Positions 1 through 10,184 of a DNA stretch of 64,000 nt are shown piece after piece (position 1 is the stretch's first letter; each line of letters begins with the position of its first letter). Under the pieces are notes generated by a model, which did not search any database, was not told the origin of the DNA, and worked only from the letters and a program-made list of their open reading frames with translations. Source of the DNA: a virus (Duplodnaviria > Heunggongvirae > Uroviricota > Caudoviricetes); the IMG/VR virus record IMGVR_UViG_3300044673_000278, positions 187,694 to 251,693 of that record; one strand, 5' to 3'. The translations under genes and the position numbers were made by a program.

Positions 1-3000
1 GTACTTGATTACATTCAAGAAGTCAAACCTTATCACGTGCAAATTCGAGAATTCAACCTCAAGTACTTTGGTTCTGACACGTACCTTGGCGATGTGGCAG
101 ACTTCGATGTGCCGGCGTATTTCAACACCAGCCTTGAGATTCCGCAATTCACAAGTCCGATACTGTTGCCATATGCTCACAGCACTGTGCAAATCAGCAA
201 CGTATTGAGCGATGCCGCAGCATCCGACACAATTTGGACACGCTGGCCATACAGTCAGTGGTACAATAACTATCTGTTGGACATTGTGTCTATCACAGTA
301 GTTGATGGTGGATCGGGCTACACAGAAGCACCTGAAGTAACTATTGTAGGCGATGCCGACGAAGCTGCAACTGCTGTAGCAGTGATTAACAGTGTGGGAC
401 AAGTGGTCGCCGTTAACATAACATCCGCTGGTTCTGGCTATCGTTCACAACCCACTATATCTTTCTTTGGAGGAAACGGCGAGAGCGCTAGAGCATATGC
501 AGTGCTGATTGGCCAAGGCCAAGGTCAGTCTTACAATGTTTCTGTAACACCCAATGTGTTAGACAACTATAACTTAACACGATCGTTTAAGACTGTGTTG
601 AAGTATGACCGATACCAATATCAAACACAAGTTCAAACTTGGGTGTCAGGTACCACATACCTTGACGGTACCTTGGTTCGCTACGACAATCGAGTATGGC
701 GTGCAGCAAGCCCAGACAGTCAAGCGGTGTCTGACATAACATTCAACCTTGACAACTGGCAACCAGTTCCCGCTAGTGAACTCAGTGGTATTGACCGAAC
801 CATGGGTTACTATGTGCCTGGAGTCAACGAACCCGGCCTTGAGCTACCATTACTGGTTGACGGTATTGAATATCCAGGTGTTCAGGTATGGGGAGACTAC
901 TTCACCGGTAACGCCAAAATCGATGCTGATTACGTAAGCAGTTTCGCTGACATATTCTTAGGCACCCGCCCCACAGACATCAATGTCAATGGTGGCGAAT
1001 TCATCGGGCCTTACGAAGGTCACGCACCTGAAGAGCTAGTCAACGGTTCAGAGTTCGATACATTGGACATGAGAATCTATACTCGACCTGGCTCAGACTG
1101 GCAAATGAACGGCCACGGGTTCCAAATAGCAACAATTAACTATGTGTATCGCCCTGTCACTGACTTTGTTTTAAGTTGGGCAGGAGCAGTGGATCATCCT
1201 GTGCAGGTTCTAGTAAGCAACCAAACTACTGGACGAGATGCAATTTTGGATGTTGATTATTTTATAAACTGGAATGATCAAACCGTAGAAATCAGCCCCA
1301 GCGGCGGATTTAGCACAGGTGATATTGTCAACATCTCTGTGTACGAACTAGGTGGCGGCAGCCAGTTGTATCGAGCAAACTACATTGGTAGCGATATAGT
1401 TGATGACACTATTATTGTGCCAGTTAATTCTGCTGAGATCAACACTGTTGCAGTATTCGTCAATGGCGAAGCATCTAGCGTACCTACTTGGGAACCTTAT
1501 ATTGAGTCTCAAAACTGGATTATCACCGATGCATATGCGTTTAATACAGTAGTAAATTACTCAGATACCTATTACAGAGCCGTACAAGATGTACCAGCTG
1601 GAATTGCGATCACTGACACTGCATATTGGATCGAGTATGTTCCTACTCTGTTGAGCTTAGTTACATTGCCATTTACTCCTGAGTCTACAGATGGGTTAGC
1701 ATTGGTAGTGTTTGGCAACACAACGCCTGTACAACTCAGCTGGAGTACACCACAGCGTCAGTATATTGTGATTGATCAAGATATCATTGACACTGGAATA
1801 ATTGAGTTGGACAACAGTTTGCAAGGAACAAACACTGTAAACATGATTGTAACTCGCAATGGTTTGCGTTTAACACCGCCAGCAGGTATCGAATGGATTG
1901 GTGACGACAGTTCTGTGAGTTTTGGCCTGCCACAGCGACTAGGAACCAGCTTCTTGCAAAGTTCTATCAACGCACCCACAGACATACAGGTATGGGTCAA
2001 CAATGTGCTACAGGTACAAAGCGTTGGCGCTATCTCAGGTTCTTACAGTGTGTCAAACTGGGACGGTAGCAATACCCCAGGCCGTCAGGTAGTATTCAAT
2101 ACTCCGCCAGCTGCTGGCGACAGAATTTTGATCACTGTCAACACACTGGCCGATTACAATGTAGTTGATAATCTACTAGAGTTGGCTTTCTTGCCTACCT
2201 TTGGTGATGTTATTGCAGTGACTACCTGGAATGACACTTCGGAACAAGAAATCCTTACTCAAGTGTTTGTTGGACCTGTTGTAACCAGCTTGGTTGTGTC
2301 TGAAGGATTTGACGTTACTGAATTTGACGTAGGCACAGTAACTGGAGATCCAGGGTCTTTTGACTACAGCGTAGGCATCGGGCTCAACAAAAACGAGTTC
2401 TTGCTGCAACGTGAAAATGTCATTGCCAGCAGACTTTGGGTCACGCTCAATGGCACAAGATTGTTCGAAGGACAAGACTTTACTGTTGAAAACAACTACC
2501 TCATACTGTCGTCAGGCGCAATTGGCTTGTCTGACATAATGGTAGTAACTGAGTTCACTGACAGTATTGTACCTGAAGCTGCTGCATTCCGCATCTTCCA
2601 AGACATGCGCGGAGTACAAGCCACTTATAGAATCACTGCTAGCACAACCACTGCATTGACTCAGAATTTGACTGCGGATGCTGACATAATTTATGTTGCA
2701 AATGCTGCTGCTCTAACTGAGCCTAATTTGCCAGCTGGTCGTTTAGGTGTGATCACAATTGACGGAGAACGTATCATGTACCGCAATCGCGACACAGCGT
2801 TGAACACACTCAGTGGACTGCGTCGCGGAACTGCCGGTACAGGTGCTGCTGCACACTCAACAGGAGCAGCAGTTTACGACATAGGTGCAGGTAACCTGTT
2901 GGATCAACAGTACCAGGACTATGTTGTCAGCAATACCAGCGTAGGCGATGGTAGTACCACAGTGTTTGATGCACCAGATATTAGCTTGGTTATCCCAAAT

Positions 3001-3468
3001 CCTGATGATTCCAGCACACTGTATATCGACAACATGATCGAAGTGTATGTTGGTGGCACAAGACAGTATCCGTACAGCCAAGTTGATGCACCTGCTACTC
3101 AATATCGCTATGTGGTAACTTCTGTGAGCCCTGTAAGCATTGACTTTATAACATCCAACGATCCGTTGGATCCTATGTTACCACCCGCTGCCGGTGTTGA
3201 AGTAACTATACTACAACGTCGCGGTAAGTCGTGGTACAACACAGGTCCGATAATTCCAGCCACAGCAATGATTGCTGGACAGGAATACTTTATTCAGGAT
3301 CTAGGAACCACTGATTTTACCACAGTGGGTGCATTGGAAAATGCAACAGGTGTGTTCTTTACAGCAACCGGTCCAGCAGTGGGCACAGGCACAGTAACCA
3401 CAGCCGGTGACGGGGTTGCACTGCAAGAAAGTAGCACTATTGCTGCAAGGTTTTTGTGTGGAAATTAA
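1..3468 (+). CDS. Large tail-fibre/structural protein. The reading frame is open to nt 1, so the gene is 5'-truncated by the window.
   Basis: 1143-aa ORF with no in-frame stop upstream of the Met at 37. Low-complexity, Gly/Thr/Ser/Val-rich beta-type composition typical of phage fibre proteins. Confidence 0.6.
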   Translation, partial: VLDYIQEVKPYHVQIREFNLKYFGSDTYLGDVADFDVPAYFNTSLEIPQFTSPILLPYAHSTVQISNVLSDAAASDTIWTRWPYSQWYNNYLLDIVSITVVDGGSGYTEAPEVTIVGDADEAATAVAVINSVGQVVAVNITSAGSGYRSQPTISFFGGNGESARAYAVLIGQGQGQSYNVSVTPNVLDNYNLTRSFKTVLKYDRYQYQTQVQTWVSGTTYLDGTLVRYDNRVWRAASPDSQAVSDITFNLDNWQPVPASELSGIDRTMGYYVPGVNEPGLELPLLVDGIEYPGVQVWGDYFTGNAKIDADYVSSFADIFLGTRPTDINVNGGEFIGPYEGHAPEELVNGSEFDTLDMRIYTRPGSDWQMNGHGFQIATINYVYRPVTDFVLSWAGAVDHPVQVLVSNQTTGRDAILDVDYFINWNDQTVEISPSGGFSTGDIVNISVYELGGGSQLYRANYIGSDIVDDTIIVPVNSAEINTVAVFVNGEASSVPTWEPYIESQNWIITDAYAFNTVVNYSDTYYRAVQDVPAGIAITDTAYWIEYVPTLLSLVTLPFTPESTDGLALVVFGNTTPVQLSWSTPQRQYIVIDQDIIDTGIIELDNSLQGTNTVNMIVTRNGLRLTPPAGIEWIGDDSSVSFGLPQRLGTSFLQSSINAPTDIQVWVNNVLQVQSVGAISGSYSVSNWDGSNTPGRQVVFNTPPAAGDRILITVNTLADYNVVDNLLELAFLPTFGDVIAVTTWNDTSEQEILTQVFVGPVVTSLVVSEGFDVTEFDVGTVTGDPGSFDYSVGIGLNKNEFLLQRENVIASRLWVTLNGTRLFEGQDFTVENNYLILSSGAIGLSDIMVVTEFTDSIVPEAAAFRIFQDMRGVQATYRITASTTTALTQNLTADADIIYVANAAALTEPNLPAGRLGVITIDGERIMYRNRDTALNTLSGLRRGTAGTGAAAHSTGAAVYDIGAGNLLDQQYQDYVVSNTSVGDGSTTVFDAPDISLVIPNPDDSSTLYIDNMIEVYVGGTRQYPYSQVDAPATQYRYVVTSVSPVSIDFITSNDPLDPMLPPAAGVEVTILQRRGKSWYNTGPIIPATAMIAGQEYFIQDLGTTDFTTVGALENATGVFFTATGPAVGTGTVTTAGDGVALQESSTIAARFLCGN

Positions 3469-3633
3469 ACTGGATAAATAAAACACCATGCCAAATACTG
3501 ATTCTAAGAAACCCGTGCAAAACCCTGCTCCACAGTCGCAGCGCCGACCCAACGAGCAGGGCACTATAAGCGTAGAAGCACATATGCGTATTTTTGACCC
3601 AAAAACCAAACAAACTTACGTGGAGGGTCGAGC

Positions 3634-4239
3634 ATGATTATCCCCGGTTTAGCTAAAATCACTGGACATGTAAAGATACATGATCCCAACAACGGTGAAA
3701 TTTTTTACAACGATCACAATGCAATTCACTATGAAAACATCTCTATTGCCATGGCTCAAACTCTTAGCGATCGCAATATTGGATATATCTACGAAATGGC
3801 GTTTGGCAATGGCGGAAGCTCGGTAGATCCCACAGGCGTTATTACCTATTTGCCCCCTAACACAGTGGGTCAAAATGCTGACCTGTACAACCAAACATAT
3901 TCCAAAGTTGTCAATGACAACAGTGCCGCTGACACAGATCCTGAAAACAACAAAATGACAGTGCTGCACACAGCAGGCAATGTTTACACAGATATTTTGG
4001 TTCAGTGTTTGCTAGACTACGGCGAGCCACCTGAACAGCAAGCTTTTGACAACTCTACCAACTTCAACGGTGAGTTTGTGTTTGACGAACTTGGACTCAA
4101 AGTGTGGAACGGCTCTGCCGACAACTTGCGTCTGATTACACACGTTATTTTTCACCCGGTTCAAAAGAGCTTGAACCGACAAATTCAAATTGATTACACC
4201 CTGCGCATACAGACGCTGAGCAATATCAACGCTGTATAA
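3634..4239 (+). CDS. Hypothetical structural protein
   Basis: 201-aa ORF in the fibre-gene block. Its start ATG overlaps the TGA of a possible 49-codon upstream ORF (ATGA). Confidence 0.5.
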   Translation: MIIPGLAKITGHVKIHDPNNGEIFYNDHNAIHYENISIAMAQTLSDRNIGYIYEMAFGNGGSSVDPTGVITYLPPNTVGQNADLYNQTYSKVVNDNSAADTDPENNKMTVLHTAGNVYTDILVQCLLDYGEPPEQQAFDNSTNFNGEFVFDELGLKVWNGSADNLRLITHVIFHPVQKSLNRQIQIDYTLRIQTLSNINAV

Positions 4240-4266
4240 ATATAAGGAATAGGAACAGGTACTGAC

Positions 4267-6060
4267 ATGGCATATACAATTACTCTTACCGACGGCACAG
4301 TGTTTGCAACCATTGCTGACGGTACAATTAATACCAGCAGCTCGATGACACTGGTCGGCAAAAACTACGCTGGCTACGGAGATTTTCTAAACGAAAACTA
4401 CATTCACTTGCTGGAAAACGGTTCAAACACCACAGCACCCAGCGCACCGCTGACTGGTCAGCTTTGGTGGGACAAAACCAACAGCCTGCTCAAAGTATAC
4501 AACGGTTCGACATTCAAAACCATCAGTGCTGCTACCAGCTCTTCCACTGCTCCTACATCAAACGTCACTGGCGACCTGTGGTACGACACAGTAAACCAGC
4601 AGCTTAAAGTTTGGTCAGGCGCAGCGTTTATTGTTGTTGGTCCTGCTTATTCCAGCAGCCAAGGTACATCTGGTGCTATTCCTGAAACTATCACAGACAG
4701 CGTTGGTGCTACCAAGTATATTACCAGTATCTATGTCAACAACAACCGTGTGGCCATTGCTTATGATGGTGCTCAGTTTGTTCCGCAAGCTAGCTTGTTG
4801 AGTACATTCCCTATTATCTATCCTGGTATTACTTTAACAACTACTAATAGTCCTATTTTCGCTGGTACTGCCAACAACGCAAGTTACCTAAACAGCTTGC
4901 AGAGCTCGCAGTTCATGCGCAGTGATGCAAACACCAGCACCACTGGCACACTAAACGTTCTCAACAATTCAGGCTTGACTGTTGGTGCAACCAATGCTAT
5001 CAGCATGACACAGAGTACCAACGATGGCCTGGTGCGCAGCAGCATCAGTGGTGCTAACTTAACAATTCAAAGCAACGTTGGTGGAACTATTTTCAACGTT
5101 GCATCTGCACTGGGAGCCAACGGTACATTTGCTATTGCCAACGCTGCTACAGTAGGAACAACATTGGTTGCCACTGGCAACATCACTGGCGGCAACGTCA
5201 ACACTGCCGGTTTGGTATCAGCCACTGGCAACGTGCGCGGTGGTAACATTGTGTCTGTTGCCAGTATCTCTGGTGTAGGAGTTACAGCAACTGGCAACAT
5301 CACTGGTAACAACATCAGTTCTACTAATGCAATTTCTGCAGGAACCACTATCAGTGCAGCAGGTAACATCACTGCTGGTTCGGGTTCTTTCTTTATCGGT
5401 AACGGTAGTCAACTCACCGGTTTGAGTGCTGCTGTTAGCGTGACCAAAATTGAAAACGGCACATCGGTTGTGCAAATTGGTGCATCTGGCGGCAACGCCA
5501 ACGTCACTATCGGTGGCACCAGCAACGTGGTTGTGTTCACAACCAGTACCACATTCTTTGCAGGCAACGTCAGTGTACCTGCTATTGAAAAGACTGGTAC
5601 CAACGCAGTCGGTAACATCGGCAGTGCATCGAACTATTTTAACCGTGTGTTTGCTACTGCTACCACAGCACTGTACGCTGACGTTGCAGAACGCTTTGAA
5701 GCCGATGAGATCTTGAAGCCAGGTACTGTGGTTGAACTAGGCGGTGCTAAAGAAATTACTCGTGCCCGCGACGACCTAACTGAACGTGTGTTTGGCGTCA
5801 TAAGTACAAGACCTGCATATACTATGAACGGTGGAGCAGGGGATGATGACACCCACCCAGCAGTGGCCATGACTGGTCGTGTACCAGTTCAAGTGATTGG
5901 TGTAGTACGCAAAGGTGATCGTTTGGTCTCAGCAGGCAACGGATACGCTCGTTCTGCGCAACCCGGTGAAGCTACTGCATTCAACGTAATTGGTCGAGCA
6001 CTGGTTGACAAACTAGACCCAGAATCTGGTACAATTGAAGCAATTGTGACGATCAAATAA
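4267..6060 (+). CDS. Tail-fibre protein with repeated GNITGGN/GNVRGGN beta-helix-like repeats and a C-terminal chaperone-like domain
   Basis: N-terminus carries the conserved phage-fibre motif GQLWWDKTNSLLKVYNGSTF (recurs as GDLWYDTVNQQLKVWSG). Central part has ~10 degenerate 'GN(I/V)xxxN(I/V)' repeats. The C-terminal ~130 aa (ADVAERFEADEILKPG...ERVFGVIS) resembles an intramolecular-chaperone domain. Confidence 0.65.
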   Translation: MAYTITLTDGTVFATIADGTINTSSSMTLVGKNYAGYGDFLNENYIHLLENGSNTTAPSAPLTGQLWWDKTNSLLKVYNGSTFKTISAATSSSTAPTSNVTGDLWYDTVNQQLKVWSGAAFIVVGPAYSSSQGTSGAIPETITDSVGATKYITSIYVNNNRVAIAYDGAQFVPQASLLSTFPIIYPGITLTTTNSPIFAGTANNASYLNSLQSSQFMRSDANTSTTGTLNVLNNSGLTVGATNAISMTQSTNDGLVRSSISGANLTIQSNVGGTIFNVASALGANGTFAIANAATVGTTLVATGNITGGNVNTAGLVSATGNVRGGNIVSVASISGVGVTATGNITGNNISSTNAISAGTTISAAGNITAGSGSFFIGNGSQLTGLSAAVSVTKIENGTSVVQIGASGGNANVTIGGTSNVVVFTTSTTFFAGNVSVPAIEKTGTNAVGNIGSASNYFNRVFATATTALYADVAERFEADEILKPGTVVELGGAKEITRARDDLTERVFGVISTRPAYTMNGGAGDDDTHPAVAMTGRVPVQVIGVVRKGDRLVSAGNGYARSAQPGEATAFNVIGRALVDKLDPESGTIEAIVTIK

Positions 6061-6073
6061 TTAGGATTTTAGA

Positions 6074-7039
6074 ATGAGTTATACAGTTGGTGGATTAATT
6101 GAAGCTACAGATTACAACGGTTTTGTGAGCACCACTGTGGGCGCAAACGTAAATGCTACTTGGAGTACTAGCACTAGTTCAGCCGGCTACGGACAAACTG
6201 CGCTGGCCACTGTGAGTTCGGCTGGCACAGTGACCGCAGCCCAATGGGCCAGTCTGGTTAACACTATTGCTGCCATGGCCAACCACCAAGGCACCACAAT
6301 CACTGCTAGAACTGCTCCTACTGCTGGTACATTGATTTCTGTATTGAGTGCTGTAAACACCGACATTACTAACTGCTACAACAACCGCGGCAACGCAGTA
6401 GCAGTTGGAAGCCAATTCACCGGATGGACAGGAACTAACTCCAAGACCACTACTACATCTGGCGCCAGCTGGACTATTACTTTTACCAATACAGTGACGT
6501 TTGCAGATGCCAACGCAGCTCGATACTTCTTCAATGCTGGTGGCATTGTTGTGTTGGACGTTGCCAAGTCAGCCACAGGCCAAACAGGTGACCCAGAGTG
6601 GAACGACTTGGCCAATACACTGTGCGGCGAAATTCGATTCACAGGCGGCGCCTTTAGCCAGACCATTGCAGGTACTGTCTACACCGGTACAACCAAAATT
6701 GGCGGCACAGGCACACCCAACATTTTGACCACCGGTACTGGTTATTTTGACTTGACTCCGGGTGGTGCAGCAACTATCATTTACAAACAGTTTGCTGACA
6801 CTGCTCCATACACTGCAAACTTTATTCAACACAGTGTTGCACTAAACGCTGCATCGAACATCCTGACATTTACCACACTTTGGTCAGCTAGCGACGGCGA
6901 CCCAATTTCAGGTGGTACTGCAAGTTCGGGCGCAACACCAGGCACAGCACCCACAACCATCTGTACCTATTTCCCACCTAGTACCACATATCTAACCAAT
7001 ACCTGGGGTACACCCAGTATTGCTGCTACCACAGTATAA
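6074..7039 (+). CDS. Tail-fibre-associated/structural protein (Thr/Gly/Ala-rich)
   Basis: 321-aa ORF directly after the fibre gene, followed by an intrinsic terminator. Confidence 0.5.
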   Translation: MSYTVGGLIEATDYNGFVSTTVGANVNATWSTSTSSAGYGQTALATVSSAGTVTAAQWASLVNTIAAMANHQGTTITARTAPTAGTLISVLSAVNTDITNCYNNRGNAVAVGSQFTGWTGTNSKTTTTSGASWTITFTNTVTFADANAARYFFNAGGIVVLDVAKSATGQTGDPEWNDLANTLCGEIRFTGGAFSQTIAGTVYTGTTKIGGTGTPNILTTGTGYFDLTPGGAATIIYKQFADTAPYTANFIQHSVALNAASNILTFTTLWSASDGDPISGGTASSGATPGTAPTTICTYFPPSTTYLTNTWGTPSIAATTV

Positions 7040-7043
7040 CCAA

Positions 7044-7070
7044 AAGGCTCTTCGGAGCCTTTACTTTTCT
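7044..7070 (+). terminator. Rho-independent terminator ending the fibre operon
   Basis: Hairpin aaggctcttcggagcctt followed by a T-rich tract (tacttttctc). Confidence 0.6.
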
Positions 7071-7094
7071 CTAGTTTTCCTGTAAAATATCAAG

Positions 7095-7400
7095 ATGGAT
7101 ACTGATAATCTTGTTGCTCACGCACGAGCACGTTTTGATCATGCTGTTGCAAAACGCATACTCAAAGAAAAATACGAAGCCCGAATGCTGTTCGCTTATG
7201 CTGGCGGCATGTGGCGTGCTGGCCCAGAACTACAGACCACACTGCTGACCTGCCCAGGTACAGAAGCAGTGCTGTTGGATCTATACGAAAATCCTGTTCG
7301 AGTAGATACCAAAGAGTTATATGCTCAAAGTCAACAACGTTGGCAAGAACAGATGAACGCTTGGTTGGTAGAACACGAAGCAAACAATCGAAAACGATGA
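7095..7400 (+). CDS. Hypothetical protein
   Basis: 101-aa ORF; its stop TGA overlaps the next start (ATGA at 7397-7400). Confidence 0.45.
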   Translation: MDTDNLVAHARARFDHAVAKRILKEKYEARMLFAYAGGMWRAGPELQTTLLTCPGTEAVLLDLYENPVRVDTKELYAQSQQRWQEQMNAWLVEHEANNRKR

Positions 7401-8200
7401 CCACTGGCGCACTGATATTTGCATTCAACAATGAAAAAACCGACTACCTTGCTATGGCTGGGTGGAGTGCTCAACGCATTCGTCGCCACCTCAACATTCC
7501 AGTTGCAGTTGTCACAGACTGCACAGACCATAAACGAACTCAGGGATTTGATCGAGTCATTTGCACAGCAGCTGAATCCGGAGGAACCCGTTGGTTCGAG
7601 GATTATGCGTCTACTGTGTCTTGGCACAACGCTGGTCGTGTAAATGCCTACAATCTGTCACCCTGGGACGAAACCCTGGTACTGGATGCTGACTATGTGG
7701 TGTGTAGCGATGTACTAAGTCGTGTATGGAATTACAATCGTGATTTTTTGTGCTTCAAAAATGCATGGAATGCTGCCACTGGAGACATGTTAGAAGGATT
7801 AAACACTTTTGGGCGTTTAAAAATGCCCATGTGGTGGGCCACAGTGATGTATTTCCGACGGTCAAACTCGGCACAGTATATTTTTGATAGTATGCAAATG
7901 GTGCGGGACAATTGGCAGCACTACAGGGACTTGTATCACATTGATCGTGCAACCTATCGCAATGACTTTGCACTCAGTATTTCTCTAGGCATTGTAAGTG
8001 GACACACTCTACAGGTTGACAACATTCCTTGGAACCTAGCATCTGTGTTGCCAGATACCAAGCTCTCACAGTTAGATGAAGATTATTTTTCAATTGAGTA
8101 TCAAGATCAAAATGGTGTGCCACGCACAGTGGGCATATCAGGCACAGACTTTCATGCCATGGGCAAAGCACACCTGGAGAACATAATTGCGGCCCGTTGA
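7397..8200 (+). CDS. Putative nucleotide-sugar glycosyltransferase-like protein (DxD motif)
   Basis: Start re-assigned to the ATG at 7397 that overlaps the upstream stop. The ORF-track start at 7211 lies in the preceding gene's frame overlap. The motif LVLDADYVV is DxD-like. Confidence 0.45.
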   Translation: MTTGALIFAFNNEKTDYLAMAGWSAQRIRRHLNIPVAVVTDCTDHKRTQGFDRVICTAAESGGTRWFEDYASTVSWHNAGRVNAYNLSPWDETLVLDADYVVCSDVLSRVWNYNRDFLCFKNAWNAATGDMLEGLNTFGRLKMPMWWATVMYFRRSNSAQYIFDSMQMVRDNWQHYRDLYHIDRATYRNDFALSISLGIVSGHTLQVDNIPWNLASVLPDTKLSQLDEDYFSIEYQDQNGVPRTVGISGTDFHAMGKAHLENIIAAR

Positions 8201-8954
8201 AGAACAAGGTTACATTATTCCTGCATGGAACATAGGCGGTCGGGACTATGTGGACTGTGCCCGGACCTTGGCCAAAACACTGCTGCAACACAATCCTGCT
8301 GCACGTATCTGCTTGTTGACCAATGTGCCTGATGCTGCTGAACCTTTTTTGTTTGCCTACACTCATGTAGTACAAAACATTGATACCCAAAACCCCTGGG
8401 CCAATGACTGGCTGGTAGCAAAGCAAACGCCGTTTAGGGAAACTATCAAACTAGAAGCAGACATGCTGATAGCCACGCCCATTGATCATTGGTGGAACTT
8501 GTTTAGACATCGTGATGTTGTGATTTCAACAGGCTGCAGAAATTGGCAAGGAGAAATCAGTTCAGCAAGACAGTATCGTCGTTGTTTTGATGAGAACTCA
8601 CTGCCTGACGTGTACAACGCCATTACCTATTGGCGCCGCAGCGAAACAGCACAGGAATTTTTTGATCTAGTGCGTGACATATTTGTGAATTGGTCAGACG
8701 TTCGTAAACTGTTGAAGTACGCCGAAGATGTACCCAGCACAGATCTTGTGTATGCTGTAGCGGCTCAAATCATGGGACCAGAACGTGTGACCATGCCCTA
8801 TGCCAGCTATCCACAAATAGTGCATATGAAGCGACATCATGCCGGTACTGAAACTGAAGACTGGATGAAAGAACTAACATTCGAAATGAATCCCATTCGC
8901 ATCAACACAGTGGCACAATGGGGTGCTGTACACTACAGGGCACAGAGAACATGA
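8187..8954 (+). CDS. Hypothetical protein, possibly glycosyltransferase-like
   Basis: 255-aa ORF translationally coupled to its neighbours (overlapping start and stop). Confidence 0.4.
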   Translation: MRPVEEQGYIIPAWNIGGRDYVDCARTLAKTLLQHNPAARICLLTNVPDAAEPFLFAYTHVVQNIDTQNPWANDWLVAKQTPFRETIKLEADMLIATPIDHWWNLFRHRDVVISTGCRNWQGEISSARQYRRCFDENSLPDVYNAITYWRRSETAQEFFDLVRDIFVNWSDVRKLLKYAEDVPSTDLVYAVAAQIMGPERVTMPYASYPQIVHMKRHHAGTETEDWMKELTFEMNPIRINTVAQWGAVHYRAQRT

Positions 8955-9274
8955 TTGAATATGAAATGAACTTTGCTGAACCCCGGCCTGTGTTCTACAG
9001 ACTGTATCACAATGAGCAAGGTGTTCCGTTATTCTACAGCATGGAAGACTTGCCAGGTACATACATCGAAATTGACGCGGCAACATTTGCAAGGTCGCCC
9101 TCACGTGTGCGTGTGCGTGACGGTCGGCTGGTAGAGCTAACTTGGAAAACCACTGCAAGACTAGAACAAACAGATGACCGTGGAACGCCTTGCCATCCCC
9201 AAGACGTTGCCATTGTAGTCAACACCAAACAACCACACCAATGCTGGAGCAAACAAACTTATGAACAAAATTGA
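8951..9274 (+). CDS. Hypothetical protein
   Basis: Start moved to the ATG at 8951 (ATGA overlap with the upstream stop). About 107 aa. Confidence 0.4.
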   Translation: MIEYEMNFAEPRPVFYRLYHNEQGVPLFYSMEDLPGTYIEIDAATFARSPSRVRVRDGRLVELTWKTTARLEQTDDRGTPCHPQDVAIVVNTKQPHQCWSKQTYEQN

Positions 9275-10184
9275 CATCGCAGATTTAGACTGCATTTACC
9301 TAACATATGATGAACCTCAACGTGAAGAATTTTGGGTTAAAATTAAGAACATGGTGCCTTGGGCCAAACGGGTGGACGGTGTTAAAGGCAGCGATGCGGC
9401 TCACAAAGCGGCGGCCGCATCGTCGGATACAGATCGATTTATTCTCATCGATGGCGACAACATCCCCAATCCAGATTTTTTTAATCAAACGCTTGTTCTT
9501 CCTAACGAAGAATATGAGAACGCTGTGTTCCGTTGGCGAGCACGTAATCACATCAATGGACTGATGTATGGAAATGGTGGTTTATCTAGTTGGACTAAGA
9601 AGTTTGTTAATGATATGCAAACTCATGAACATTCAGATGGACGAGCGGAAACACAAGTGGAATTCTGTTTTGATCCCCTTTATTGGGCCATGCACGATTG
9701 TTTTTCTACGACCTATCCCAACGGATCGCCTTTCCAAGCCTGGCGTGCAGGGTTTCGTGAGGGTGTTAAAATGTGTCTGCAACGTGGCCGCAAGCCCACC
9801 ATCGAAGAGTTTAAGAATCAAGTTCTAAGAAACTTGGACAACTTGACTATCTGGCACAACGTGGGGTCAGACGTAGAACACGGCGAGTGGGCCATGGCTG
9901 GCGCACGCCAAGGCACATACATGACCATGCTCACAAACTGGGATCACACACAGGTACAGAACTTTGATGCCCTGGCCGAATTGTGGGAATCTGTAAAAGA
10001 TTCCAACCCACGTATTTTGTCCAATCAACTGGGCCCAGAAATTGGAACACAGTTAGCATTGCCTATGGCCATACTGGAATCAGAGCAAAGTGCATTCTTC
10101 AAACATCACTATCGATCAAATTGGCACAACCAAGGTGTCATGGTCAGAGAAATAGATGTTATTCGCAAGCTAGAAGGATGGTAA
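9261..10184 (+). CDS. GT-A-like glycosyltransferase-family protein, homologous to the C-terminal domain of the 1004-aa repeat protein
   Basis: [10 protein letters not shown] is a DxD-like motif. The segment ...[17 protein letters not shown]... closely matches ...TPWQAWRTAFREAIKLC... in ORF 26660-29674. Confidence 0.5.
   Translation: MNKIDIADLDCIYLTYDEPQREEFWVKIKNMVPWAKRVDGVKGSDAAHKAAAASSDTDRFILIDGDNIPNPDFFNQTLVLPNEEYENAVFRWRARNHINGLMYGNGGLSSWTKKFVNDMQTHEHSDGRAETQVEFCFDPLYWAMHDCFSTTYPNGSPFQAWRAGFREGVKMCLQRGRKPTIEEFKNQVLRNLDNLTIWHNVGSDVEHGEWAMAGARQGTYMTMLTNWDHTQVQNFDALAELWESVKDSNPRILSNQLGPEIGTQLALPMAILESEQSAFFKHHYRSNWHNQGVMVREIDVIRKLEGW

Noticed and set aside
5-208. 67-aa plus-strand ORF at the window start
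   Set aside because: It lies in a different frame inside the 5'-truncated fibre gene. The fibre frame is open to nt 1.
3488-3637. 49-codon ORF (MPNTDSKKPVQNPAPQSQRRPNEQG...) between the first two fibre genes, ending in ATGA overlap with 3634
   Set aside because: It has no SD and no supporting homology. It may nevertheless be a real small coupled gene, so it is not listed as a feature.
7211-7396. ORF-track 5' extensions of genes 7397-8200 and 10184-11563 (starts at 7211 and 9983)
   Set aside because: Each extension overlaps the preceding gene in another frame. ATGA/TAATG-coupled internal ATGs with SD-like sequences give protein starts consistent with the paralogs.
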